64,000 bases of DNA from Eukaryota sp. GEM-RC1 (lineage: Eukaryota): assembly GCA_040285855.1 (NCBI GenBank), contig JAUFOQ010000001.1, positions 1,674,001 through 1,738,000 of the forward strand, in the 5' to 3' direction. The notes under the pieces are model-generated. The model was not told where the DNA came from. It searched no databases and worked only from the letters and a program-made list of their open reading frames with translations. A program made the translations under genes and the position numbers. Shown here piece by piece: positions 24,555 through 36,395 of this stretch. Positions within the stretch are counted from its first letter, which is position 1. Each line of letters begins with the position of its first letter.

Positions 24555-26713
24555 GAGACGCCCTATTCTCACTCCCTGATTTCGCTTATTTTCACTCCCT
24601 TCCCATAAGTTCAATGGATCAAAACTTCGATCCCATGAACTACGATCCCGGATCTTTCTTCCTTGCCGTGCCTTCTTCTGAAGAGGAGGATGATGGTGAC
24701 GAACCTCGTGCTTTCATAGACCTTAGTGAGCCTATCGAAGATGTCCCTGATGTTTCTTTCCCTATGGAGATCCCTGAACTGCTAAATGGTGTAAACGATG
24801 CTGAGGACTATTTAGATGCTCTTAAAGAGAAAGCATTCGATCAGGGTTTCGTCATTCGTTTGTTTAGATCTAAATATACCTCTTCATCGTCATACATAAA
24901 ACTTGTTTGTATTCATTCAACTGGTAGTTCCGAGATTGGATCAACTCGCGTACATAGTTCATTCAGCAATAACTGTCGATTCTTTCTGGTCTTAAGAAGA
25001 AAACGATTTCCAAGGGAGTGGTTTGTTGACAGGGAGGCGTCGTGCTTGGAGCACAACCATCAGCCCAGTCAAGACTTGTCTGTATATCCCCAGTATAGAC
25101 GATTCACATTCAACCCCGAGCTCAGGGAACTGGCCGTTTACATGATTCAGTCTTGGATCCCTGCAGATCAAATTGTGGATTGTCTTCGTTTAAAAGACCC
25201 TAGTTGCTGCATTATTGCTCAAGATATTCACAATCTCAAAGGCGCTGTGTCTGAAAGTCTTGGATTGAAACCTTCTGTAGAAGAACTTATAACGAAGATA
25301 CACGAACAATCTTTCGTTGTGAGCCTTCTTTGGGATGCTGACCAGCATGTTACTCACTTTCTCTTTCTCCACAAAAAATCTCTCAAATACTTCGAAAAAT
25401 TTCACACAGTCATCCAAGTTGATTGTACTTATAAGACCGAAGCCAATCAGCTACCTTTATTAGCTATTGTCGGCACTACTCCTACTTTGATGACTTACCA
25501 CATTGGATTCTGCTACATGAAATCGGAAACTAATGTCGATTATTCTTGGGTACTGTCTGAATTACGACGAATTTGTTCTGTAATTCCAGAAGTATTTGTT
25601 GTAGACCAGGATCAAGCTTTGAGAAATGCACTGTCTGAAGTCTACAGTGAAAGTAAACAAGTCCTATGCTTGTGGCATATTTGTCAAAATATTCAGCGCC
25701 ATTGTCAGAAAAAATTTAGATCTGTTTCGGAATTTAGCCACTTTATGCACAAATTTCTAAAGCTTGTGAACGTTTGTGATGAAGAACACTTCTCCCAAGT
25801 CAACGAGGAGTTTCAGTCCGAGTTTGCCCATGTTCCTGAAGTTTTGCGGTACGTGAACAATCAGTGGATGCCCAGAAAAGAATCATTTGTAAAATGTTTT
25901 CTAAATAATCATGATTATTTGGGTCAAACTACAACATCACGAGTTGAATCCGGTCATTATGCTATGAAGCGAGATTTAAAGATAAATCAGCGTCAGTTTG
26001 GACAAAGTGTGGTCATGATTGCCAAGTTTATTGAAAAACAATTGGAGAAGATTTCGCGTTCCATTGAACAGAGCAAGAAAAAGAAACTTAAGAATGTAGC
26101 ATCGTGGTTGTTTGAAGGAGTCCATGGGAAGTTGTCGCATGGAATTCTGAAGAAGACGGTAGAAGTGATCAGAATAGTTGAACGAGATCCTGATCAACTT
26201 GAAACTTGCAAAAGAGAATGTCTTGTGAAGACAGGAATACCTTGTTGTAAGATCTTGCCGCAATTGTTGAGAGAACGGCGAACTCTCACAGCAGCAATGT
26301 TCCATCACCACTGGTACCTAGATGGTCTCATTCAACAGGAAGTTAATGCCGGTCAGCCTAGATTGTCTAGCATTCTCCCTCCGAATGTTGCCCAGTCCAG
26401 AGGAAGACCAAGAGAAGCTGAATCTGGAAGCAGACAGAACTTTGCTGAACAAGGCAACATTCAACGACAACGATGTCCTAGAAAATGTGGATTGTGCAGA
26501 TCTGAAGACCATGATAGGAGAAATTGTCCACTGAAGGAGCAATTTCAGCAAATGTTAGAACAGCAACCATCCAATGTAGAATAGTTTTATGTTTGGAATA
26601 AATATACGTTAAAAGAGACACGAAGATGTACATGAAGTTGAAATAACAGTGTATTGAACTTATGGGAAGGGAGTGAAAATAAGCGAAATCAGGGAGTGAG
26701 AATAGGGCGTCTC
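24555..26713 (+). mobile_element. Intact Mutator-like (MULE) DNA transposon
   Basis: Perfect 61-bp TIRs (24555-24615, 26653-26713; GAGACGCCCTATTCTC...) and perfect 9-bp TSD GTGCGGAAA (24546-24554, 26714-26722). Confidence 0.97.
24614..26584 (+). CDS. MULE transposase (FAR1-like N-terminus, DDE core, SWIM-like region, C-terminal CCHC)
   Basis: 656-aa uninterrupted ORF with VDCTYKT, VVDQD, LCLWH, TTSRVESGH, TGIPCC and CGLCRSEDHDRRNC. Confidence 0.95.
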   Translation: MDQNFDPMNYDPGSFFLAVPSSEEEDDGDEPRAFIDLSEPIEDVPDVSFPMEIPELLNGVNDAEDYLDALKEKAFDQGFVIRLFRSKYTSSSSYIKLVCIHSTGSSEIGSTRVHSSFSNNCRFFLVLRRKRFPREWFVDREASCLEHNHQPSQDLSVYPQYRRFTFNPELRELAVYMIQSWIPADQIVDCLRLKDPSCCIIAQDIHNLKGAVSESLGLKPSVEELITKIHEQSFVVSLLWDADQHVTHFLFLHKKSLKYFEKFHTVIQVDCTYKTEANQLPLLAIVGTTPTLMTYHIGFCYMKSETNVDYSWVLSELRRICSVIPEVFVVDQDQALRNALSEVYSESKQVLCLWHICQNIQRHCQKKFRSVSEFSHFMHKFLKLVNVCDEEHFSQVNEEFQSEFAHVPEVLRYVNNQWMPRKESFVKCFLNNHDYLGQTTTSRVESGHYAMKRDLKINQRQFGQSVVMIAKFIEKQLEKISRSIEQSKKKKLKNVASWLFEGVHGKLSHGILKKTVEVIRIVERDPDQLETCKRECLVKTGIPCCKILPQLLRERRTLTAAMFHHHWYLDGLIQQEVNAGQPRLSSILPPNVAQSRGRPREAESGSRQNFAEQGNIQRQRCPRKCGLCRSEDHDRRNCPLKEQFQQMLEQQPSNVE

Positions 26714-26871
26714 GTGCGGAAATCGTACGTTTCACACTTGCAGACTTCCATAGGTTTGATACAGACAGCAGGAAGTCAAGATTGATGACTGTTAACAATA
26801 CCGTAACCGGGCAGAGAGTACAAGATTGATGGCTGTTGAAACGAGAAATCACGATTGCTGACTGTTAAAAC

Positions 26872-27503
26872 CATAGTTCGAAATGCGAACGTGTTATTCA
26901 GTTGCCGCACGTATTCCGCACGTGCGCGTATGGAGTACGGCAGAACACGTGCGAGAATACCGTATTCTTACATAAACACGTGTTGCATTTTTTTATCATA
27001 TGGTTCATTACATTAGACATTACAGTGATGCTGTAAATGAGTTTTATGATTACGAGAACAAACGTAGCTTTTTCAAAAAAACAACCATCATGGCAAGAAA
27101 TGGAGAAAATGTTCACCCAAATCTTTGTGAGAAAAAAATGGCTCACGAGATGGTATTCTTCGTTCAGTACCAATCCAAATTGTAATTCAGCTGTCGATAG
27201 AAATTGGATTGTACACTGCATCATTAAAACCAAGAAACGCAATAGGATGAAAGCTTCACTCCTGCATGATTTGGTATTTCTTTACGCCAATCAAAGACAG
27301 AAACACCAGAATCGCCTACCTTATTGAAGAGTGGTAGATTTGGTTTCATCAATAGTATCGCATAATATTAAATAGGTGATGGTTAACTGAAAAGAGTATT
27401 AAGAAGAAGAATACGTTGGAATACGGTAAAAGAAGCCGCACGTATTCCGCACGTGCGCGTATGGAGTACGTTACCGAACGTGCCGTACGCATTTCGAACT
27501 ATG
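26872..27503 (+). mobile_element. Non-autonomous hAT deletion derivative (632 bp)
   Basis: TIR CATAGTTCGAAATGCG; perfect 8-bp TSD GTTAAAAC (26864-26871, 27504-27511); hAT dimerisation remnant NSAVDRNW...KTKKRNRM...DLVFLYAN; subterminal direct repeat gccgcacgtattccgcacgtgcgcgtatggagtacg. Confidence 0.92.
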
Positions 27504-28282
27504 GTTAAAACAGAAACCAATACAGAACCCAAATTCCGTGATGTTCATTGTTGTTTCATAACGTTTTACATACAATGCATCTATAATTCTGTCATCGTGG
27601 TGACAGGAGCAAAGATCCATTACAGATTGTATCGTTTGATGTAGATATGAGATGAAGTGTGTCGTATACAAGAATTTCCATGTAAGAAGAGTTCACTCAG
27701 GAACTTCACTGAATATAAATACAATTTATTGTGGTAAATTAGCAAAGAACATTCACCGTAAAATGTTCAGTATAACATGTCATCATGATGAGATTTTCTT
27801 TACCAAAAGAGACCTATCAGAAGGAGTCAAGAAGTCAATTTTTTAAAAGAGAAAAGATTGTGAGATCATTCTTCAGAAAGAGTGGAAAAAAGAGTCACAA
27901 AAGAGTATGTAGAGAAGAGATCGTGGAACAATATTTGCAGCCTTGAGACTCAGTCTTCGTAAGACATGGTAAAATCAAAGACAGATTCAAGACAATGTAT
28001 AACTTTGCTTTCACCAGCAGTTCTTATCAGATTGACTGATGTCTTGCTTAAAACTAAGACAAAATATTGTTTGTAAACATGAAGTTTGGAGAAGAGCTTT
28101 CTTGGATTATCTTTTGGTTCATTTTTATGCGTCAAAGCATGAGTAGGAGCAGAATCAGTATTAAGGAAGCCCGGAACTACTAGTGATTCACAATCATTTA
28201 GTTTCATCGCTAGATAACTAGCAAATTACACGCAATGGGATTGTAAATGTTCCGCAAAGGCGCTATTATCATGAAGAATGGA

Positions 28283-28560
28283 TTATTTCTTTGTAGCTTC
28301 AATAATAATGGTGATGCTATTATAAGGTGTTCTGCTAGCCAGAGAGAAGAAGACTGGGTATATTTTGTGTGCAAGGAGAGAAGGATCCAATTTCAACTGG
28401 GTTAGTCCGTTTTCGGTAAGCAATTCTAAATGTTTCATAAGATCTATTCCCACCAATAGTTTGTTGGTACCGGATATTATGGGTAGTGTCTTGTCTACAT
28501 GTGTTAGGTACGTGATACTGCTGGTATCGAAGTTCAAGATTATATAAGGCAACTTATAAT
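28283..28560 (-). pseudogene. Ty3/gypsy aspartic protease C-terminal relic
   Basis: LPIISGTNKLLVGIDLMKHLELL parallels LPILPGKDQLLIGCDILTKLGL of the array element. Confidence 0.6.
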
Positions 28561-29309
28561 TTTCTGAAGGATAATGGCGAAAGGCAAGTATCATAATAAA
28601 ATCGACATCATAACTTCTATTTTTTGGGTGTCGATCCCTTTGGTCGTTCAATATAATTTTTTTCAAATCAGCGACACCAAATTGTAATTTTGGATTTCTT
28701 AATAAAATCAGTGGATATTTGGTCAGTATTCACTTTCAACAGATTACGTTGGATTACATCAAAGTGAGACTGTAGAAATAGTTTAATATTTTAATTATGT
28801 AATAGTCCATTATTTTGTGAAGTGGGATCCTTAATGAGTCTAAGGTATACTTTCTTAACGTCAACATAAGAATAGTTATACGATATTTTGATAGACCCAT
28901 ATCTTAAGTAGATATCATATGTTACGTAACCCTCTAGCTGGTTCCAAGACCATGTGGGATCTATTTCTCTTAGGTTGTTATAAATCTGGAGTTGATGAAT
29001 TACAGAGAATTTGAAGTTCTTGCGATAGAGGAGATGTAGCCATGTGAAAGCTGATATTATATTGGTAACTTGCATTAATGTTGTACATTATTACCATCGA
29101 TATCTTGAATTACAATCATTATCAATCTCATGTATATTCCTCCAGTGGACGTTGTTTACACCCTAACTCAGACTATTTATGATGAAACTAAGGAAATTAA
29201 AGGTAATTCGATTATTTTTCCGTTGCTGTGAATGCCGGATAGTTGATGTTGTAGCAAGACGGCAGCATTGTCATGATTCTGATTTGCATCACTGTTTCAA
29301 CTAATCTTC

Positions 29310-29520
29310 ACCAACAGACTTATTGCATTTACTTTTTCAGTGGTCAATTCAGTCTCTCGCTCTTGCAATACCTTCCCAACTGCACGTTTCACTTCTGGTT
29401 TATGGACGATATGACTGCCTAGTTCTGTGTACTGGTTCATGTCAGGAGACACTTGATGAATTACTTGGAGAAATCGGTGGCTTTCAGATAAATTGGGTTC
29501 TGACTTTCGCAAACGCTTTG
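29310..29520 (+). pseudogene. Possible non-LTR retrotransposon RT relic
   Basis: Frameshifted LLFQWSIQSL...HFWFMDD...GGFQIN loosely resembles RT domains 4-6. Confidence 0.3.
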
Positions 29521-30023
29521 TGATGACATTGAATGTTTGATATTTCGCTCAGATCTTTCATGTTTTTAAATTGACGTATGGAGCTTCATTCAGTGAATTG
29601 CATAAAAAATTGATGTTGTTGTATTAATACTAAAAACTATTATAGATTTCATGTATATTGTTGAAGATCTTGCAATAGGTAATTAAATAGTCCATGACTA
29701 TTTCATCTTCCTATTACAATTTCCAATAATTACAATTACATAACCGAAACCTTTGATGGGGTATAAAACCTCCATAAAATACTTCCAAAATACCGTAAAA
29801 CTGCGAGAAAGGGCGGCATTTGAACACAATTCAATTTACTGGTGGACGATCCTGATGGACAATATTGAGTACACTATGGAGGGAAGTTTTGGCTGAAAGT
29901 GTTGTTAATCCGTAGAGATGCAGTCGAAACCACTCAGGGGTGGTTTTGAAATGTGAGAAATCAAACTCAGTGTATTAAGACCACACATTTCCCGTCACTA
30001 TCACTTTGATTTCCCTTCACACA

Positions 30024-30593
30024 ATGTCTTCCAACGGGACACGTAAGAGGCGTTCAATGAGTACGGTGAAGAAAACACTGGCTTTGTTACCGAAATACCG
30101 TGGTAGCCTCGAACCACATGATATAGCCAAACGATCTGAGCGAGACTTCCGCATGAAAGACAAAATGGAAGTGGTTGCCGGTGCAGCGCTAGTGTACGGA
30201 TGGAGTGTACACTGTGTGTTTGTGAATCACACTACAAACACTGTAGCACAACTACATCGCCTGGCTACCTCCCAAGAGCCTTGGGAGGTCTACCGCCAAA
30301 CCGAGTTGACTCTATGCCAGACCGCCATGAATGTTTTTCCAGAACTGGAATCAAAACGGTTAACCTCTAAATTAACTAATGACGTCTCTATCGTCGTACC
30401 TGCAGAATTGGAAACTGACAGGATGAACCCTTGGCCATCTGCCACAGTTGTAGCTGACAATGTCGTCTCCAAAGCCTTATGTGATGACGTGATTCACCAT
30501 GATAAAGAGATGGAGGACGATGGACATCACCACTACCAGTCTGACTATGAATTTAATTTGATGATTAGTTTCGATAAACCAAAGTTAGGATGA
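30024..30593 (+). CDS. Hypothetical protein (basic N-terminus, acidic C-terminus)
   Basis: Uninterrupted, GC-richer ORF from ATG 30024; AATAAA about 55 nt after the stop; no recognised motif. Confidence 0.4.
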   Translation: MSSNGTRKRRSMSTVKKTLALLPKYRGSLEPHDIAKRSERDFRMKDKMEVVAGAALVYGWSVHCVFVNHTTNTVAQLHRLATSQEPWEVYRQTELTLCQTAMNVFPELESKRLTSKLTNDVSIVVPAELETDRMNPWPSATVVADNVVSKALCDDVIHHDKEMEDDGHHHYQSDYEFNLMISFDKPKLG

Positions 30594-31539
30594 AATTTTT
30601 TATTTTTGTGTACTGATTTTCACTAGTGATGTATTTGACTAGTATGAATAAAACAAAAACAAGAATGATTGTATGATCAGATAAGAATTGGCCACTGATT
30701 CTAAATGTGTGCCAGAGTTGTTTAAAACTTCAAAAAAATTAAGGGTAAAATTAATTTAGGCTCATTTCACAAATCAACACTTCGGATATACTTAAAATTG
30801 AATTGAAAAATACAAACCATACTCAGTTTATACTGCATAAAGTTATCAAATTTCAGCTTTAAAATCTAACTATGATGTTAAATATATTTGTGGTACAAAT
30901 TTAAACCCAAATTTCTTATTTTAATTTGAGCGCTGGCGTTCGGAAACACTTCTATTCCATTTAAGAGCAACAGGAGGTTCAGCTGTATCCTGACTCAGAA
31001 TTACAACTTTGTTTTATGTCCGGGAATAACAAAAATTTCAGTGTAAGTCCCAGCACAATCAAAAGATGGGTAAAGAAGAACAGCAGTCCATCTGCAACCA
31101 ACGTTTGCTCAATTAAGATACAGGTAGTGATCGTTTTGACCGCCCAGTATAGAAATCATTTCAAAGCAAGAGATGTCCAATCTAGAAGGATCGTCACAAT
31201 TGATGAGCTGAAGGAGCTCCACCCCCAGTGGTCAGCTCAAGAAGAGTACTGGCAGATGTGGGTCCTCACTTGATTCACCTCCTTTTGGTCTGTATCGATT
31301 CTTCACAGTTGTATCCACACAACCTGAGATCGACAATCTTGAAGAGCTTAGTAAAGAGTGCGCATGCTTTTTGAGTCAGAGATTAGATGGTATTTTTCGA
31401 AGACTGTTTGACCGATTAGAATAGCAGTTCTTCGTCAGGGATGAAGAAAGACGGAAAAAGAAAATGGGGGAAAGAAAATGTAGGGGAAGACGATTTTGGC
31501 ACCCAAAATGAAATCACCAGTAAATAAGTGAGTCATCTC

Positions 31540-32480
31540 CTATGAAAAAACGTAAACAATTTTTTTCACTGAAAAGTCGCTCTCGTTTATGGGATTAGTT
31601 CGAAAGTGATAAAGAACGAAATGTTGTATTTTGCACTTTATGCAATAATTGTGAATATTCAATTGCTCAATCACCACCATCAACTGGGAACAAAAGAAGA
31701 CATCTCAGCAATAAGCGTGGTGATTTTTGCTAAATGGAAATCCCAGCAATCAACTGACAATGGACTCGTTTCTGGCAATCGAACCTAGTGTTCAAACACA
31801 AGAAGATCTTGAAGAGAGTGTATTGAAACTTATCCCATTTTCGATTCTTGAATCTACATGTACTCAGTTGGCAAATTTTGTGCAGATAAGTCATTCAAAG
31901 AACGCCAAACCTACTATTCCTTCCAGAAGATCATTTGGCAGACTCCGCAAATCTAAATATTATGTAGAACGAGATTCAACTGTCACCAAATGAAAAATGT
32001 GATTCTCCTAACTACATAAGGAGAAACACGGTTAAAAGAGGTACCTTGTCATTTCCATTTATACAACATCCAAATCAAAGCTATGACAGTTAAATGCACC
32101 ATCGACTAAATGAGCAGTGATGGCCAGAAAATGTTTTTGTTTGCGACATGACCATCCACCAGACCAGATGGAATTCTGTCTACGATATGTGTAATGAGTA
32201 CACGAAACAACTCATTATCATTAACAGGGTGATAATTTCTTCTTCTGACTTAATGCAATTGAAGTTTAGCCAATTAGAACAAGAACTGGCTTTTCAATTC
32301 ACAGACTTCTTACAACCATTAAAGCATGTGACGACAGGAATTTCACGTGACAGTTATGTTTGCTTGAGTCAAGTAGTATTGTTCTTTTTCTACCTTGATA
32401 TTATATACATGAATCTTCCATGACAGCACCTCCTACAATTGGAAACATGATAGATCTCATGATTCCAAAGTTCAGTAGAT
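31540..32480 (+). pseudogene. Degenerate hAT transposase
   Basis: TRWNSVYDM motif and FLQPLKHVTTGISRDSYVCLSQV; upstream BED-like CTLC remnant. Confidence 0.7.
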
Positions 32481-32584
32481 AAAAAGACCCCAATCAGAAC
32501 TTCTTTCATTCCAGAAATGGTTACGTGGTGGACTGATTCCACGAGATTCAGCACTCCTCGTTCCGAACCACGTACTCCTCATAC

Positions 32585-33366
32585 CAGGGATGCCGTAAAA
32601 ATTATTCCAGTGAAAATAATTCCCTTATAATATTATTTGGGAATACGGTACGGCTTCTCTTTTTGTTACGGGAGTACGGACAGAAAATATTTTCCGTACT
32701 TTCCTAAGTTTTTCGTCTTCTATGAATACCCCCACCCCTACCAATAAACAAGCATCTGAGCACTTTTTCTCGCTAGTAGATCCTCAACCTGACCACTTGT
32801 TTGACTCCAAAAAGCAATATGTTTGTGATTGTGGAGTTAAACGTATCTCTTCTAAGGGTTTTACTAATTTAATGTCTCACATTAAGGATTATCACCCAAA
32901 CTGGAAGGAAGAGGTAGATTCTTCTTTACAATGAAACAAGATGACACACTTTTATGTCAAGGACAAGGCAAGCGCTTACTTCAAATGGCTTCGCCTTGTC
33001 ATCATGAACAACGTTCCTTTTTGTTGAACGTCTGTTCAGTATTGCTAAGCACCGCTTGGGTTCGAATAGACGCAGGGTAACTCCTGAAACACTGGCGATG
33101 GAACTCTTTCTCATATCAAATGAAAAGTTGTGGGATGAAGAAGTTATTCGTAAAGCTTTGATTTTGGAACCCATCGTAGAAGAACAAGAAGTACATATAA
33201 TTGATTAATAGTTGTCGTTTGTATTCATTTAATAAAGATTTGTCATCCTTTGTTTGGTAAATGTACGGAAAGAATATATTCACCGTATATTCCAAAGTAC
33301 GGAATAATTTACGGCAATGCAAAAATCAGAGTCCGTATTACGGCCATATATTCTACCTCATCCCTG
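32585..33366 (+). mobile_element. Non-autonomous hAT deletion derivative (782 bp) inserted in a gypsy gag relic
   Basis: Ac-like termini CAGGGATG...CATCCCTG; 8-bp TSD CCTCATAC/CCTCGTAC (7/8 match); BED fragment CDCG...FTNLMSHIKDYH and C-terminal VERLFSIAK. Confidence 0.9.
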
Positions 33367-34033
33367 CCTCGTACCCCCTGACAAAAGTACCATCACTTGC
33401 TTCAATTAAAATAAGATAGGCCACTATGCTAGAAAATACCGCTCTCCTTCCGCAAGAACCTCCCGTAACACTAACTACCAGAAAAGCAGAAACCCTAGAA
33501 ATCCTACTCATTTTAAGACCCACAACAACCGACAAAAGCCCACTGCTAAGTTCTCTCAACCTGCCAATGTGCCAAAAGCTCACATTAGCTCTTTCATCTC
33601 TGATTCCAATTTCGACACTCCCAACTTCGTCAGAACCTCCGCTAAAGGCCTTTTTAAAGCTACCTCAGCTTCACCTCTCCTAGAACATGACGACCTTGTC
33701 GGTAATCGTAAAGTACGAGGATTGATTGATACAGGCGGTATCAAATCATGTATCACTGCTGATTTGATCGACAAAAATTGTGAACAGCTCGATCACTCTA
33801 AGATTAATGAATTCGAAGTTGCTGACGGCCGCGTAGTGAAGAGCCTGGGCAGGTACCATACTGAACTTTCCCTGTTAAAGGGTAATGAATCTCCCAAACG
33901 AGTCCATTTAGAAGTCAAGCTTCCCATCCTAGCTGGGAAACAACAACTTCTGATAGGCTGTGACGTACTGAAATGCCTCGGACTAGACTTACAATCAGTC
34001 CAGAATGGGCTAATGATATTCTTGATGAAGTAA
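33367..34033 (+). pseudogene. Ty3/gypsy gag knuckle plus aspartic protease relic
   Basis: ITCFN*NKIGHYAR; RGLIDTGGIKSCIT; LPILAGKQQLLIGCDVL. Confidence 0.85.
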
Positions 34034-34922
34034 CAGCTACTTGTTAGCTTGGTTTGAACAAACAAGATTGTTGGTTTTTTGTTGATGATGAGTATTACAG
34101 TGGATGTTGTAATACTGAAATCAACTATCGATATTCACAAGAAGTTGAGTGTAATGATCTTGGTACTAAATCTGCCATTTTTATGATTTTAAATCTTTGT
34201 TTCCAAGAGTGTACAACTCAAGGCTGACTCTGAGAAGACAGTACCACATGTTAAAGGTTTCATAATGTAAAACAATGTTCACTTTAAACCTTTGCATTAC
34301 ACTTCCCACAGATAAATTCAGAAATTCTAAGTGGATGAAATTACTTCATTCACCGATTAAAACTACTAAAAGAGTAAGAATCAAAGAACAAGTGGATAGT
34401 AAATGTCTTATGCAAAATCAATTTTTGATACTGAAGTCTGCGTGCCAACCAATGACAGATGATGTTTTTCATTTAACATATTTGTGAGTTCCTTCATCCG
34501 TATTACACACGCATTGTTATTAAGTGTGTTCGTGTTTGTGTTGAAAAAGTAGAATAACAAACAAAGAGAAGTACTAGAGTTATAGGCATGTGTATTTCTT
34601 TGAGGAGAACGAGGAGTTGACACTTGCAGAAGTTCTCGAAGGGAGTAGAAATAAAAGATTGAAATGACTTGGCGAGTAAGATCGATGATCTCTTTAAGAA
34701 TGGAGCCTCTGTTGTTTGTTGGTAGTAGCAAAGACTGTCGAATTGTCTCTCGTAAAGGGAATAACCTGACTTCAGAGAGATATGTTCATTGAAGAAAGAT
34801 TAGATAGGCTTATAGAGCGAGGAGGTGGCTTAGACGTTTCGTCATGTTTTTAAGGTACTGTTATCAGTGATGACAGCGATGACTTATATGTCCTTTGTAT
34901 TATTTCACCAGGTGAGTCAGAG

Positions 34923-34983
34923 ATGAGTCAGAGAGGTTGGTAGTAGGTGAAATTTTCACCTACTACCAACCTCTCTGACTCAT
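34923..34983. repeat. Perfect 61-bp palindrome (30-bp arms, 1-nt centre)
   Basis: ATGAGTCAGAGAGGTTGGTAGTAGGTGAAA-T-TTTCACCTACTACCAACCTCTCTGACTCAT. Confidence 0.97.
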
Positions 34984-36395
34984 TGCGTCTATGTAAACTT
35001 GGTCACACTGCCTGCTTTCACTGCACTTCTTCCTTAAATATCAACCATATCTACTGAATGAAATGTTCCTCGGAGAAGCATACACATTCTGCTCTCAGAG
35101 ATCTTGTTGAAGCTGCTCTGAACGGGATTCTTTCTCCGAAATAAACGATCCCATCACGTCAAGTTGAACTCCCTGATGAGATCGCCGAACGAGGTTGTGC
35201 TGTCGTTTATGCTGCGAAGTGTTACACGCTTCCATTTACTTTCAAATGGTCTCTCTTACTCAAAAAGAAACAAACTAAGGAAGGACACGAACCTTGTTGC
35301 TCCACGCCTATTGCTTTTGCTCTAGAGAAGATCGTATTGGAATAGTAACGGAACGATCTTGTTCTTCCCTCCCTTCCCCCAACTCATTCTCTTTTCTCGT
35401 TGTTGAATATGCCAAGGGAAAATGCCAAGGTTCCTCTCAAATAAAAATTGATCAAGTTTTACATCAGTCCGGTTCAATCTTTCTAGTTTAGTCCACCATT
35501 ATGATGCAGAATTGTCAGTTTCTCTATTAGAAACTTTTGCCTTCCAACAGAAAATGGCCGATGTTAGATCAGTATTTTGAACTAAAATAGGATTTTTATT
35601 TACTCAAGATATGAATGATCATTTCTTGACTCTTTTAACAATAACGACAACAAATCACCTTCAATTTTTTGACAATTCACATTATTTTATATGACAACTA
35701 CAAACAAATCATGTTGTTTTAAATGAACAAGAACTTAAAATATTCATATAAGAAACGTAGACATGCATACATCTAAAAGGTCATCGGGGTCAAAAATGAG
35801 TGGACTTTTGAGTACTGACATTTTGACCTATCTCGTTAAGAAGGATGCTAACTTGCTTATGGTCATTATTTTATCTTCATCAACTCTCTTTGATTGTCTT
35901 CAGGTTGTAATCAACAGTTATCTCCTCTCTTTTGACAAGAAACCATTAAGACTTTAGAAGCACTCGTTGTCTTTGAATTTCGTTCATCAGATATTGATTG
36001 CCCAATGTATGTCAAACGTCTGAAGTTTGCTTTTAACGTTATGTTGGAAGTTGGCTTGATTATTTCGAGAGTTTCTTTATCTTGATCATTTGTTCTCTTT
36101 ATGATGTGCCTTTTGTTTATATTTAGGAACTTATCACATGGGAACAATTATGTCCGGAGCAAATGTATAACTCTCTCTCGAACTTCTGTCATGTATCTTA
36201 CAACATCTTTCTGGGTTCGGTTGTTTTCGTTGGATCAGTATTTGTGTCTATTTTTGTAATTCTATTCAGTGGGGGAAGGAATTTCCTCCACTCAGAATTC
36301 CAACACTGGTTGATAATGTGTATTTATTATGTTATATTTAAAATATGAGTTAAAATTAAGGTACATGTATGATGATTGCCCTTTGAAATTGATGA

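Noticed and set aside
26903..27470. 36-nt direct repeats as a CRISPR-like array
   Set aside because: There are only two copies, ~530 bp apart, inside a hAT element; they are subterminal repeats.
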